DNA of 64,000 nucleotides from Polyangiaceae bacterium (lineage in GTDB: Bacteria; Myxococcota_A; Polyangia; Polyangiales; Polyangiaceae), in NCBI GenBank assembly GCA_033763455.1, contig JANRKO010000028.1, forward strand, positions 128,001 to 192,000, given 5' to 3'. The notes beneath the pieces were generated by a model, which saw nothing but the letters and a program-made list of their open reading frames with translations, was not told where the DNA came from and ran no database searches. Each line of letters opens with the position of its first letter. The stretch's first letter is position 1. The position numbers and the translations under genes were made by a program. Below are positions 26,346 through 37,200 of the stretch, piece by piece.

Positions 26346-28130
26346 TTACTCCTTCACCGCGCTGAGATAGAGAAAAGCATCTGACTGAGAAAGGGCAGTC
26401 AGCATGGATTTGATGTCGTAGTTCGACTGCACAAATGTGTTTTGCACCGACGCTTGCGTGCACTGATCGGCCGCCCCCAACGTGCGGCCGTAGGCGTAAT
26501 TCATGAAATGGCTGGCGAAGCACGCCTTCACTTCCGGTGTGGCAGCGACCCGCTGGGCGAGTTCAACCGGGCCATTGAAAGGCGCACCCAAGATGGGTAC
26601 CTGACCACTAGCATCAATGGCGACGCCATTTTCGGTGTCGCGCCACAAGCCCACGGCATCGATGTTTTCCTGGGCAAGCCCGATTGGGTCCATGAGCGAG
26701 TGGCAGCCTGCGCAACCGGGATCCTGGGAGTGCGCTCGGAAGCGATCTCTTGCAGTGGCTCCCTGGTAGGGATCCGGCGGCTTGATGGAGGCCGCAACCG
26801 CCGCGCTCGGCGGGGGAATTGGTTGGCACAAGAGCTCTTTCATCAGAAATGCACCGCGCTTTACGGGATTGGTATGATTGGAGTGCACAGTGCCCGCCAA
26901 GACTCCGCCTTGTGTGAGCAGCCCCAAGCGCCGAACGCCATCAAGAGGTACCTTCTGAAATGCCTCCCCCGTTACAGGGGTGTAGCCATAATACGCTGCA
27001 AGCTCGGCGTTCACCAACGTGTAGGGTGCGGTGAAAATTGATTCAAACCGACCATCACCCTCGAAGATAACGTGCCTCAGGAACGTGAGCGTTTCTTCCC
27101 GGAGGAGCTCACCTATTCTAGGCGTAAACGTCGGATACGCGACTGGATCTCGCGTAAGGCCCGCGAGGCCTGAGATCGGCAGCTGGTTATCAAAAAAGTA
27201 GCGCAAGCTCACGTCCGACCGCGGATCGTTCAGCATGCGCGTTGCATGCGTGAGTACGCCCTCCTTGGTGTCAAGTTCGCCGCGTGCGGCTGCTGCAATA
27301 AGGTCAGGGTCAGGCGTGGAGGCCCAATAGGTGTAGGCGAGGCGAGTTGCCATTTCGTTCCCCGTGGGCCGCAAGAGGTCCGGCCTCCCCGATACGGCTA
27401 CACCGAACTCTGGGCGATACAGAAAATCAGGGGAGAGAAGGAGCCCTTCTAAGACTGCGGCGAGGCTCCGAGCAAAGTCTTCGCCGCCAGATCTCACCGC
27501 TTGGAACAGAATAACGAGGTCGTCCACTTCAGCTTGTAGTAATTGGCGACGATAGATGCGCGGAGCGAAGGACTGTGCGAGCGAGCGAACGCACTCAAGC
27601 TCTGTTGCCGCGCTGGGCGTGGCAACAAGATCCGCAGCACACGGAGCGAGGTGCGCGATCTGAGTAGCAGCAGTCGCCCTTTGCGCCACATCTTCGGCTA
27701 CGGCGATGTACTGCTGCGCCAGCAACGACGACACCGACTGGCTATCGGCGTCATTGCCAAAGCCATTGCCTGATTGTTCACCCGGAAGCAGGTTGCCAGG
27801 TGCTGTGAGATCGTTGAAGAGATCACGTGCCGTATTGGAATACTCGAAGCGCGTAAGGCGCCGGAGTGGGGCCCGTGGTGGAACGGGTACATCGCAGCCA
27901 ACAGGAACTAAAGCGCCTCCTGTGCCAGGTGTCGCACCGCCTGCGCCCGGCACAGAGCCACCCCCTACAGTATCTCCCACGCCTGACGGTGCCCCACCTG
28001 CACCTGGCGTCGCGGAGTTCGCCCGCGCGTGATTTCTCGGAGCGGGCTCTTGGGTACACCCCAGTACCAGCGCACCTGCTGCGATAATCGTTGAAATACA
28101 CTGATGCGCGCGCAGGGTCGAGATAAGCAT
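26346..28130 (-). CDS. DUF1587/1595/1592/1588/1585 (PSD-type) lipoprotein with CxxCH
   Basis: LVLGC lipobox, LRRLTRFEYSNT, LLLSPDFLYR, GLLTQGG, NPVKRG, CAGCH. Confidence 0.9.
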   Translation of the reverse strand: MLISTLRAHQCISTIIAAGALVLGCTQEPAPRNHARANSATPGAGGAPSGVGDTVGGGSVPGAGGATPGTGGALVPVGCDVPVPPRAPLRRLTRFEYSNTARDLFNDLTAPGNLLPGEQSGNGFGNDADSQSVSSLLAQQYIAVAEDVAQRATAATQIAHLAPCAADLVATPSAATELECVRSLAQSFAPRIYRRQLLQAEVDDLVILFQAVRSGGEDFARSLAAVLEGLLLSPDFLYRPEFGVAVSGRPDLLRPTGNEMATRLAYTYWASTPDPDLIAAAARGELDTKEGVLTHATRMLNDPRSDVSLRYFFDNQLPISGLAGLTRDPVAYPTFTPRIGELLREETLTFLRHVIFEGDGRFESIFTAPYTLVNAELAAYYGYTPVTGEAFQKVPLDGVRRLGLLTQGGVLAGTVHSNHTNPVKRGAFLMKELLCQPIPPPSAAVAASIKPPDPYQGATARDRFRAHSQDPGCAGCHSLMDPIGLAQENIDAVGLWRDTENGVAIDASGQVPILGAPFNGPVELAQRVAATPEVKACFASHFMNYAYGRTLGAADQCTQASVQNTFVQSNYDIKSMLTALSQSDAFLYLSAVKE

Positions 28131-28342
28131 GCGTAACTCCAGCGTTTGCGCAACCAATGCGCACGCTTCGCTGAAGTCAGTATGAAGTGCGGGGATGCCT
28201 GCGTAAAGGGCGAGAGTCCGCCAAAATCTGGCGTAACTGCGCCACGGTTGGAGCGTGAGGCGAAGTTAGCGTTTGCACCTCTGGGCATCTTGCTGGGTAA
28301 GGTCTGCAAAGTCGATTTGCACTGGCCATGAGCTAGCCCAAA

Positions 28343-30610
28343 TCAGACGCGCTCTAGATATTGAGCCGCTACGCGCTTCGTACCCACTTTTGGGAATTCT
28401 GCTGTGATGAACGGCTGGGAGCCAAGCTCTACGCGGCGCACGATGCCGCGTCCGAAGTGTTTGTGGAAAACGCGATCGCCTGGGTGTACGGGTTCGCCCG
28501 TGTCGTCCCCGGGGATGTCGTCAACGTCGCGCTCAATGATGCGTTCGCCGGGCATGAGTGGCGTGCGTGTGGGCAAAGAGGGGCGTTCGTAGTGGTCGTA
28601 GGAGCCGCCTCGGTCACCCGCATATGGGCTTCCGTAATTCGGGCGAAAGCTGGAGTGGCCTGTGCCGTGATGCTCCACCACATCGCTCGGGATGTCCGCC
28701 AAAAACCGGCTTTTTACGAGGTAGCGAGTTCTGCCGAACAACATGCGCGCGGACACATGGCTTAAGATGAGGTTTCGCCGAGCGCGGGTTAAAGCCACGT
28801 AGGCCAGGCGGCGCTCTTCATCGAGCTCTTCGGAATTTTCACCGTCTACGCCTCGGTAGGGGAACACTTCTTCTTCCAGGCCTGTCACGAATACGGTGTC
28901 AAATTCGAGGCCCTTGGCGCTGTGTACCGTCATTAGGGATACTTGCGAGCCCGCTTGCAGATTATCTACCGCAGCCACGAGCGAGATGCGCTCTAGATAC
29001 CCGCTCAGAGTGGGTGGCTCTCCATTTTGCTCCACTTCTTTTTCGTATTCGGCAAGCGAGCCCACAAGCTCTTCCATATTGCCGAGCCGGGCGTCCGCTT
29101 CGGCGGAATCTTGGGCTTGCAGAGAGGAGCGGTAGCCTGTGCGATCCAAGATGGCGTTAGCCAATTCGTGCGGCAGAAGCTTTTGGGCATCGGCGCGAAA
29201 ATCCTCCAGAAGCTCGTAAAATTCAGCCAGCTTCTTCTTGGCTCCGCGCGCCAAAACATCATCTTTGGCAGATAGGCGCAGCGCTTCGTACACGCTCACG
29301 CTATTTTCTCCCGCCAGGTCGAGCACGCGTTCCACTGTTTTATTGCCAATGCCGCGGACGGGTACATTGATGATACGCAGAAGATCCGTATCGCTTCTTG
29401 GGTTCTCGATGAGCCGGAGGTAGCTGAGGAGGTCTTTCACCTCCGCGCGCTCAAAGAATTTCATGCCCCCAATGATTTGGTAGGGAATGTTGTAGCCGCG
29501 CAACATGTCTTCAATAACGCGCGATTGGGCGTGCACGCGGTAGAAAATGGCGATGTCCGCTGGGTCCGTACCGTGCTCGGTGGCTCGACGGATCGAATCC
29601 GCCACACTTCGGGCTTCCTCGCGTTCGTCGCCGAGGGCGCGAACTATCACTTTGTTGCCCGGTGGCTCTGCCGTCCACAGGTTCTTCTCTTCGCGCTGAT
29701 GAGCGGGTGCGATAACGCCCATGGCGGCGCGCACAATGTTGGCGCTGGAACGGTAATTTTGTTCGAGCTTGATCACCTCAGCATCGGGGAAATCGCGCCG
29801 AAATCCGCGAATGAGCCGCACATCGGCCCCGCGCCAGCCGTAGATGCTCTGATCGTCGTCACCCACCACACACACATTGCGTGTGCGTTCGGAAAGCGCA
29901 CGGATTAGGCGATATTGAATCATGTTGGTGTCTTGGAATTCATCCACCAACACAAAATCGAAACGGCTACGAAGCTCTTGTGCCACCGGGTTGGCCGTGT
30001 TCTCCACGAGCTCGGTCATGTAGAGGATCAGATCCTCGAAATCGACGGCGTTGGCCTGCAACAGCGCTCGCTCATAGTCGGCGTAGAGCTCGGCTAGAGT
30101 GTTATCGGATTCGGCCAAATCCTGGGCGTGCCGTGCCCTTCTCCCTTCGCGCTTTTCATGGCCAATTTTTCCCAACACCACTTTTGGTGGGTATTCTTTA
30201 TCGTCGAGGCTGCGCCGCTTCAGGATTCGCGTCAGCACGGCTTTCTGATCCGAGTCGTCGTAAATAACGTAATCGCGCGTGAGGCCTACTTGATCGGCGT
30301 AGCGGCGTAGGAGCTTGGCGCAGACGGAGTGAAAAGTTCCGATCCAGAGGTCCCGTGTTATCTCGGGCCCGGCCAGGCTATCCAACCGTGCCCGCATCTC
30401 GCCGGCGGCTTTGTTGGTGAACGTGACGGCCAAAATGCGATACGGGGGCACTCGGTGCGTGCTGAGGAGGTTTGCGATGCGGTAGATAAGCGTGCGTGTT
30501 TTGCCGCTCCCCGCGCCGGCAAAGATGATGAGCGGGCCATGGCCGTGGAGCACCGCTTGTTTTTGGGGATCATTCAACAAAACTTCTGACTGGGCGCTCA
30601 CGCTCGACAC
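28343..30610 (-). CDS. uvrD: UvrD/PcrA superfamily 1 DNA helicase (start ~30610 or 30601)
   Basis: LNDPQ, AGAGSGKT, TFTNKAA, VDEFQDTN, GDDDQSIYGWRGA, LEQNYRS, TVHSAKGLEF, EERRLAYVALTRA, C-terminal Tudor-like domain. Confidence 0.95.
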   Translation of the reverse strand: MSSVSAQSEVLLNDPQKQAVLHGHGPLIIFAGAGSGKTRTLIYRIANLLSTHRVPPYRILAVTFTNKAAGEMRARLDSLAGPEITRDLWIGTFHSVCAKLLRRYADQVGLTRDYVIYDDSDQKAVLTRILKRRSLDDKEYPPKVVLGKIGHEKREGRRARHAQDLAESDNTLAELYADYERALLQANAVDFEDLILYMTELVENTANPVAQELRSRFDFVLVDEFQDTNMIQYRLIRALSERTRNVCVVGDDDQSIYGWRGADVRLIRGFRRDFPDAEVIKLEQNYRSSANIVRAAMGVIAPAHQREEKNLWTAEPPGNKVIVRALGDEREEARSVADSIRRATEHGTDPADIAIFYRVHAQSRVIEDMLRGYNIPYQIIGGMKFFERAEVKDLLSYLRLIENPRSDTDLLRIINVPVRGIGNKTVERVLDLAGENSVSVYEALRLSAKDDVLARGAKKKLAEFYELLEDFRADAQKLLPHELANAILDRTGYRSSLQAQDSAEADARLGNMEELVGSLAEYEKEVEQNGEPPTLSGYLERISLVAAVDNLQAGSQVSLMTVHSAKGLEFDTVFVTGLEEEVFPYRGVDGENSEELDEERRLAYVALTRARRNLILSHVSARMLFGRTRYLVKSRFLADIPSDVVEHHGTGHSSFRPNYGSPYAGDRGGSYDHYERPSLPTRTPLMPGERIIERDVDDIPGDDTGEPVHPGDRVFHKHFGRGIVRRVELGSQPFITAEFPKVGTKRVAAQYLERV

Positions 30611-30693
30611 TATTGCGGGAGTCCCCGCTTTTGGCCAGACTCGCCTTTGGGCGTACCGTTTTGGGCTTTTCGAGCCCTCGCCCGAATGCATCG

Positions 30694-31755
30694 ATGACCC
30701 CGACTTCCCCCAACGATTCGTCAGAGCAAAAGCCGGGTGTTGGGTGGGCCCTGGCCGATTGCGCGCCAGAGCTTGTAGCGCCGTCGGTGTGCGCGTGTTG
30801 TTTGGCGCCCGCTACCCTGGCGCGCGCCGAACGCTCGGTGCGTGGCGGCTCGGCATTTGTAGCGCCTTACTGTGATGCGTGTTTGGGACATCGCACTCTT
30901 GCCTCGACACGTGTGCTCGCCGCGGCGCTCGCCTCGGTGGTGCTCGCGCTGGGGCTCTCGGTGCTCTTGCCCTTGGCAGTGGGTTGGTCGAGCGCTTGGG
31001 TGTGGCTTGCTTCTGTGGTGGGTGCACTTCTACCGAGCGCTGTGCTTCGGCTTTGGCAGCCCGAGGTGCCAGAGGGGCACACCAGTTGGGGGGCGGCCGC
31101 GTTTTTCAATCAAAACGGAGAGCTGGTGTTTTCGAATGCAGCTTTCGCGGAAATGGTTGCGGCTGAGAAGGCGGGCGTGCTCGTGCCGAGGTCGAGCGTG
31201 GAGCGCCCTTCGCTTTGGGTAGCATCTGGCGCGGTCTGTGTGCTCGTGGTGTCACCGTTCTTGTACTGGTTGTATCACCCGCCGGTGCGCATCTTAAACT
31301 TGGGGGATGAACCTGTGAGTGTGTGGGTGGACGGCGCCATGCTCGCCCGTGTGGAGCCTACAAGTCTCGAACACCCCGACGCAGGGGTTAAGTTGAGAGT
31401 TCGCCTTGGGGAACGCGCCATCGAAGCACGAGCCCTTTCAGGCAAGGTGGTGGACGCGCGCCGGGTGCGTGTAAAAGTGGCCGAGGAGCACCTTTACGTG
31501 CCAGTTGCGGATGGTTACTGCTTCTGGCTGGAGATGACGCACTACGGACGAACCATTGCGGGTGAGCCGGAGCGTACGGCGCTCGGTTCAAGCCACAATT
31601 TCTTCCAGATCCCGGTTGGGGTGGATAATTGGTTCAGTCCGAATCCCGCCCCAGGAAGTGGGGATCGCCGCTCCACCGGCGGGGTGCTCACGGCACTGAG
31701 GCAAGCCCGCTGTCGGGATGCTCCGCCCGATGCCGTTTTTCCCGGGAGATTCTGA
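30694..31755 (+). CDS. hypothetical membrane protein with N-terminal CxxC/CxxC zinc-ribbon-like motif and 3 TM segments
   Basis: VCACCLAP...PYCDAC, hydrophobic segments, beta-rich C-terminal domain. Confidence 0.7.
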   Translation: MTPTSPNDSSEQKPGVGWALADCAPELVAPSVCACCLAPATLARAERSVRGGSAFVAPYCDACLGHRTLASTRVLAAALASVVLALGLSVLLPLAVGWSSAWVWLASVVGALLPSAVLRLWQPEVPEGHTSWGAAAFFNQNGELVFSNAAFAEMVAAEKAGVLVPRSSVERPSLWVASGAVCVLVVSPFLYWLYHPPVRILNLGDEPVSVWVDGAMLARVEPTSLEHPDAGVKLRVRLGERAIEARALSGKVVDARRVRVKVAEEHLYVPVADGYCFWLEMTHYGRTIAGEPERTALGSSHNFFQIPVGVDNWFSPNPAPGSGDRRSTGGVLTALRQARCRDAPPDAVFPGRF

Positions 31756-31758
31756 AGA

Positions 31759-31786
31759 TTGGCAAGGGGGGTCAAACTACTATACT
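31759..31786 (+). promoter_or_regulatory. sigma70-type promoter TTGGCA-N16-TATACT for grpE-dnaK
   Basis: -35/-10 match ending 11 bp before the grpE GTG (near-leaderless). Confidence 0.5.
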
Positions 31787-31797
31787 GAGCCGCCACC

Positions 31798-32361
31798 GTG
31801 ACAGACACATCTGCTACCGACCTCGATACCACCACCTCTGATGCCGAAGGCGCACCCCAAGAAGCGCAGCCAGATCCGCTTGAGGTAGCTCGTGCCGAAC
31901 AAGCCCGGCTAAAGGACCAGCTTTTGCGGGTGGCGGCCGATTTCGACAACTTTAGAAAACGTTCTCGTCGCGACATCATGGATGCTGAGCGGAAGGTCCG
32001 CGAAGATCAGCTGCGCGACTTGTTGCCTGTGTTCGATAACCTGGAACGTGCGGCGGCTCATGCTGGGTCCGCCACGGACGTGAAAGCGTTGCTAGATGGC
32101 CTTCAAATGGTGATGCGCCAGTTCCAGGATGCGCTCAGCAAGCTCGGGGTGGAGCGGCTGGTTGGAGTCGGTCAGGCTTTTGATCCTGCCCTTCACGAAG
32201 CGATTCAGCATATCGAGACGGCGGAGTATCCCCCCGGCGTTGTGGCTGCCGAGGCGCAGGCGGGCTATCGCATGAATGATCGCGTGATTCGTCCGGCGCT
32301 GGTAGTTGTCGCCAAGGCTCCCGTTTCTGCTCCCGCCCAAACGTCTGAGTCAGACGCATAA
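31798..32361 (+). CDS. grpE: nucleotide exchange factor GrpE
   Basis: LRVAADFDNFRKR, LLPVFDNLERA, FDPALHEAI, GYRMNDRVIRPALVVV. Confidence 0.96.
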   Translation: MTDTSATDLDTTTSDAEGAPQEAQPDPLEVARAEQARLKDQLLRVAADFDNFRKRSRRDIMDAERKVREDQLRDLLPVFDNLERAAAHAGSATDVKALLDGLQMVMRQFQDALSKLGVERLVGVGQAFDPALHEAIQHIETAEYPPGVVAAEAQAGYRMNDRVIRPALVVVAKAPVSAPAQTSESDA

Positions 32362-32436
32362 CGCACGCGGTCACCGGGCCGGGTGTGCTAGGGCGCTTAG
32401 CACCCGGTGGTCCTCGGGCTATCTTACTGGGTCATT

Positions 32437-34266
32437 ATGGGAAAGGTGATCGGCATCGACCTTGGCACCACCAACTCGTGTGTTGCGGTCGTGGTGGGGA
32501 CGACAGCGGCGGGTGAGCTGGACGTTAAGGTGATCCCCAATGCTGAAGGCGCACGCACGACTCCTTCAGTAGTTGCGTTTTCGGCGAAGGGCGAGCGCTT
32601 GGTGGGGCAAGTTGCCAAACGCCAAGCCACCACTAACCCAGAAAACACGATCCACGCGGTGAAGCGTTTGATGGGCAGGAAGTTCACCGATGCGGACGTT
32701 ACCCATCAAGCGGGTATCGTGGCCTACCAAGTGATGGCGCATGAAAACGGCGACGCTTGGGTAAAGCTAAATGGCAAGCCGATGTCGCCTCCAGAAGTTT
32801 CTTCTGTAGTGCTGGCGTCGCTCAAGCAGGTTGCGGAGCGCTACTTGGGTGAGCCCATCACCGAAGCCATCATCACTGTTCCCGCCTACTTCGATGATGC
32901 CCAGCGCCAGGCCACCAAAGACGCCGGAGCCGTGGCGGGGCTTGACGTGAAGCGCATCATCAACGAGCCGACAGCTGCGGCGGTTGCCTACGGCTTGGAC
33001 AAATCCAAAGCCGAGAAGGTTGCCGTGTACGATCTTGGCGGTGGCACGTTCGATATCTCGATATTGGAGATTTCAGGTGGTGTTTTCAACGTCAAAGGCA
33101 CAGGCGGCGACACCCACCTAGGCGGCGAAGACTTCGACAACCGGGTGATCGAAAAGCTTCTGGAAGAGTTCAAAGCAGCCAACAACTTCGATCTCAGCGC
33201 TGATCGCATGGCGCTGCAGCGCCTGCGCGAAGCCGCCGAGAAGGCGAAACACGAACTTAGCTCGTCGCTTGAAACGGAAATCAATATTCCGTTCATTGCT
33301 TCCGGGCCAACTGGGCCCTTGCATCTTGAGCGCACCCTGAAGCGCAATGAGCTCGAAACGCTCACGCGTGATCTTGTGGAGCGTACCTTGGTTGCGTGTC
33401 GCCAAGTGCTGAAAGACGTGGGCTTCGCGCCCAAAGATGTTGACCAAGTGGTCTTGGTGGGGGGCATGACGCGCATGCCCGCGGTGCAGAAGGCCGTAAA
33501 GGAGCTTTTTCAGCGGGAGCCGAGCAAAGAGGTCGACCCAGACGAAGTAGTAGCCGTTGGGGCCGCGATTCAAGGTGCTGCCCTTTCCGGGGTAATCGAC
33601 GAAGTATTGCTGCTCGATGTAACACCGCTTTCGATTGGTGTCGAAACCGGAGGTGGCGTTTTCACCCGGCTTATTCCACGCAACACTACCGTACCGACGG
33701 AGCAGAGCGAGATATTCACTACGAGCGTCGATAATCAGCACTTTGTTCCGATTCACGTACTCCAGGGCGAGCGTGAGATGGCGGTAGATAATCGTAGCCT
33801 CGCGCAATTCGAGCTCACGGGCATCCCACCGGCGCCGCGCGGAGTGCCCAAGATCGAAGTGAAGTTCCAGGTGGATGCGAACGGCATTTTGTCTGTGAAG
33901 GCGACGGACCTCGGCACCCAAAAATCTCAGGAAATCAAGGTGCGCCCCACAAGTGGCCTCTCTGAAGCTGAAGTGGAGCAATTGGTGAGTGAGGGGGATA
34001 AGTTCAAGGAGACCGACCAACTCCGGCGCGATCTGGCGGAGATCAAGAACCAATCCGAAACGCTCATCTACACCACTGAGCAAGCGCTAGATGCTTACAG
34101 TGATCTGCTTGGCGATAAATGCGAGCCGGTGCGCAAAGACATGGAGCGGTTGCGCCAGATGCTGGACTCAGGCGCGGATCTCACGCTTGTCCGAGAGGCG
34201 TACGCACGGCTTGAGAATGCGACGTTTGAGCTCGCGGAAGCGATGTACGGCGAGCCGGGAGCCTGA
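32437..34266 (+). CDS. dnaK: Hsp70 chaperone DnaK (short C-terminal tail)
   Basis: [58 protein letters not shown]. Confidence 0.97.
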   Translation: MGKVIGIDLGTTNSCVAVVVGTTAAGELDVKVIPNAEGARTTPSVVAFSAKGERLVGQVAKRQATTNPENTIHAVKRLMGRKFTDADVTHQAGIVAYQVMAHENGDAWVKLNGKPMSPPEVSSVVLASLKQVAERYLGEPITEAIITVPAYFDDAQRQATKDAGAVAGLDVKRIINEPTAAAVAYGLDKSKAEKVAVYDLGGGTFDISILEISGGVFNVKGTGGDTHLGGEDFDNRVIEKLLEEFKAANNFDLSADRMALQRLREAAEKAKHELSSSLETEINIPFIASGPTGPLHLERTLKRNELETLTRDLVERTLVACRQVLKDVGFAPKDVDQVVLVGGMTRMPAVQKAVKELFQREPSKEVDPDEVVAVGAAIQGAALSGVIDEVLLLDVTPLSIGVETGGGVFTRLIPRNTTVPTEQSEIFTTSVDNQHFVPIHVLQGEREMAVDNRSLAQFELTGIPPAPRGVPKIEVKFQVDANGILSVKATDLGTQKSQEIKVRPTSGLSEAEVEQLVSEGDKFKETDQLRRDLAEIKNQSETLIYTTEQALDAYSDLLGDKCEPVRKDMERLRQMLDSGADLTLVREAYARLENATFELAEAMYGEPGA

Positions 34267-34276
34267 GTAACCGCAC

Positions 34277-37200
34277 GTGGTCGACTACGGACGCTACCAG
34301 CTAACCGCTCCTATCGGTCGCGGTCGCGTTGCCGAGGCTTTCAAGGCGAAGAGTTTTGGCGTCGAGGGTTTCGAAAAGGCCCTCGTTATCAAGCGGATTT
34401 TGCCAGAAGTAGCCGAAGATCCGGCGCGGCTAACAGCGGTGCTTCACGCCGCTCGGCGCTCGATGCGCCTGAGCCACGCCAATGTGGCTCAGGTGTTTGA
34501 TATGGGGGACGTGGTGGATGGCGCGAAAACAAGCCACTACCTCGCGACAGAATACGTTCCGGGCGTGACCCTCTCCGCGGTGCTTGAACGTTGCCGCATT
34601 TCGGGGACGGGCTTGCCTGCCCGGGTGGCCTTATTTGTAGCCACCGAGGTTGCCAAAGGTTTGGATCACGCCCACCGGTGTCGGGATGAGGGCGGTTTGC
34701 CGCATGGCGTTGTTCACGGGGCTCTCACACCCAACAATATACTGTTAAGTTGGGACGGCGAGGTGAAGCTGAGTGACTTCGGTTTGGTTCTGGCTGCGGA
34801 ATCTTCTGGCGCATCAGCGGCTGATGATCTCCGCTCCCTCGGGCAGCTCTTGCTGGATATTCTTGAAGCCCCCAGAAGCGTTCAGGACGAGAGTGCCCCT
34901 CCTTCAGAGCGTGAAGTGACGGGTGAAGCTGTGCGCGCACTCCTAGCGGCCATACCTCCTTTATCGCTCTCCGCAGCGGGCTTCTACGAGGCCTTGATGG
35001 AGCACGCCTACGCGATTCGAGCTCCGCTCAACGCCGACGCTTTGGCAGAATTCGTCGAAAAGAGCCGAACCACCCCGCTCACGAATCCGCCGACGCTCTT
35101 TGAAGGTGCATTGGCGTACGTGGGTGAATCCCTTCCACCGCGAATTAGCGCGGCAGGCTCGACGCCCCTTCCTCCCGCACTTTCGGCGTCAGCACCCTTT
35201 GTGGGTCAGGGAGTTGCTGCGCTTTCTCTCCGGCTTGGGAATGGCTCTGGGCTCGAAGTTGTGCGGGAGTTGGCTGAGGAGTGGCTAGCTCGGCACGGCG
35301 CAACCGTGGTGACTCATTCTTCACGTGAGCTTGAGGCGTATTTTCTACAGGGCCAAGACCCAGTGCTGGCCACAACCCTTGCTGCTCGGACCGCGCTTGA
35401 GATCCTCACTCGTGGGGCCAAGCTGGATCCCACGTTGAGCGCTGGGCTGGATCTCGGAGAGGTGAACCTGAATGCAGATGCTTCAATCGTCGATGACGAA
35501 AAGCGCCGCCTGGTGTTTGCTTCCACGCGCTCGCTCTCATCTTCGTCTTCAGGGCGTCTTGGCGTGAGCGCTGGCGTTGCTACCTACCTGCAAACCTGGT
35601 TCGAGCTCGAAACGTTAGAGCCTGATGCGGGCGTTTGGTTGGTGGGGCAGTTGCGCCCGCTTCATAGCGCTACCCGTTTTGTTGGACGAAAGAGTGAGCT
35701 CGGGGAACTTGGGAATCGTTTGGTACAGGCCGTGCGCGGTACTCCCTCGGCGGTAGGGGTTGTGGGTGAAGGGGGCATCGGCAAATCCCGACTCCTGCGC
35801 GAAATGCGCCGACGTCTTAAGAAGGGCACGGTGAACGTCGGCTTCTACATGGTCAATTGCCGCGCCAACTCGAGCACGGTACCCTATTCTGCGGTGGGGG
35901 ACATGTTGCGAAAGCTTTGTGGCGTACGCGAAAACGACGTGGGCGATTGGACTTCAGTGGTTCAGCCCCGGTTGCGCACACTTGGTCTGGGTGAGGACGA
36001 GATCCAGAGTGTGTTGATAGCTCTGGGGGCGCGCTCGCTCGCCACGGCCCAGTTCAATCCGGCGTTTCTCGAAGGTGGCATGGCCAAGATGATGCATAGC
36101 CTCTCTTTGGAGCGCCCACATCTCTTTGCCTTTGATCGCGCCGAACACTTAGACGTCCAAAGCGCAGACCTTTTAGGGAGCGTAGTAGCGCGTTTGAAGC
36201 ACTCGCGCACTCTTTTGGTATTTGCGGGCCGCGCTGGAAGTGTGGGTTTTCTGCGGGAAATACCGGGATATTCCGAATTTTCGCTGGGTACGCTCCTTAG
36301 CGAGGACATTACTCGGCTGGTGCAATTCGGCACAGGCGTTGCGAACGTTCCGGACGAGCTCGTTGAATTTGTTATCGAGCAGAGCGCGGGGCATCCGATG
36401 GTGGCCATCGAACTGTTGCGTGAAGGCATTGAACGAGGGGCTATCCAGACGCTGGACGAACATAGCGTCAAGTTCTCGGTTCCCTTTGATGCGGAGGTGC
36501 GTTCGCTCCGCGAGTTCTTAGAGGCGCGGCTTCTGGCTTTGAGCGAAGCCGAGCGGGCCGTGCTCACGGCGGTGGTCGTGCTGGATGAGCCCGTGGCCTT
36601 GGCTGCAATCTCAACTGTGAGTGAGTTATCGCTCGCGGAAGTAGCATCTGTGGTAGATGATCTTGAAGTCCGCGGGATGCTGCAGAGGCTTTCGCCCGGC
36701 ACAGTGGCCATTGCGGTGCAGGTGTTGGCTGAGGTGGTGGCCGTCGCTACCGAGCGCGCGCACTGGCAGAAGCTGCATGAGCGGGCCGCTCGCTATTATC
36801 AGGGCCTTCTGGGCGGTTTAGGCTTCGAAGCTGGGGCGCGCGTGGCGCAACATTTGGATGCAGCTGGCAAGCGCGACGAGGCGCGCCTGGCTTATGGCGA
36901 ACACGGCCTCAACCTGGTCCATTGTGGGCTGCTCGAGCAAGCCGCATGGCACCTTAGCCGGGCGCTTGGGTTGACGGCGTCGGATGGTGAGGACATTGAG
37001 CGCGTGGCAAGCTGGGTGTCGGCCTTGCTGCTCTGCGTTTCGCGAAGCTCCTTCCCCGAACTTGCTCCCGCACTAGTCGCCTCGGCGGAGCTCCTGTTGC
37101 AGCAGAACACAACCGATCCGTCACGCCTCAAGGCGGCGCTCGACGCGGCCGAAGCGCTGTCGGAGTTGCACCGTTTCCGTGAGGCGGAATCGGTGCTGGG

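Noticed and set aside
32397..32423. Canonical CIRCE element before dnaK
   Set aside because: Left arm matches but the right arm at N9 spacing does not
33118..34083. 321-aa antisense ORF inside dnaK
   Set aside because: Long antisense frames are a well-known codon-bias shadow of dnaK and other GC-rich genes; the same applies to most short overlapping ORFs in the track
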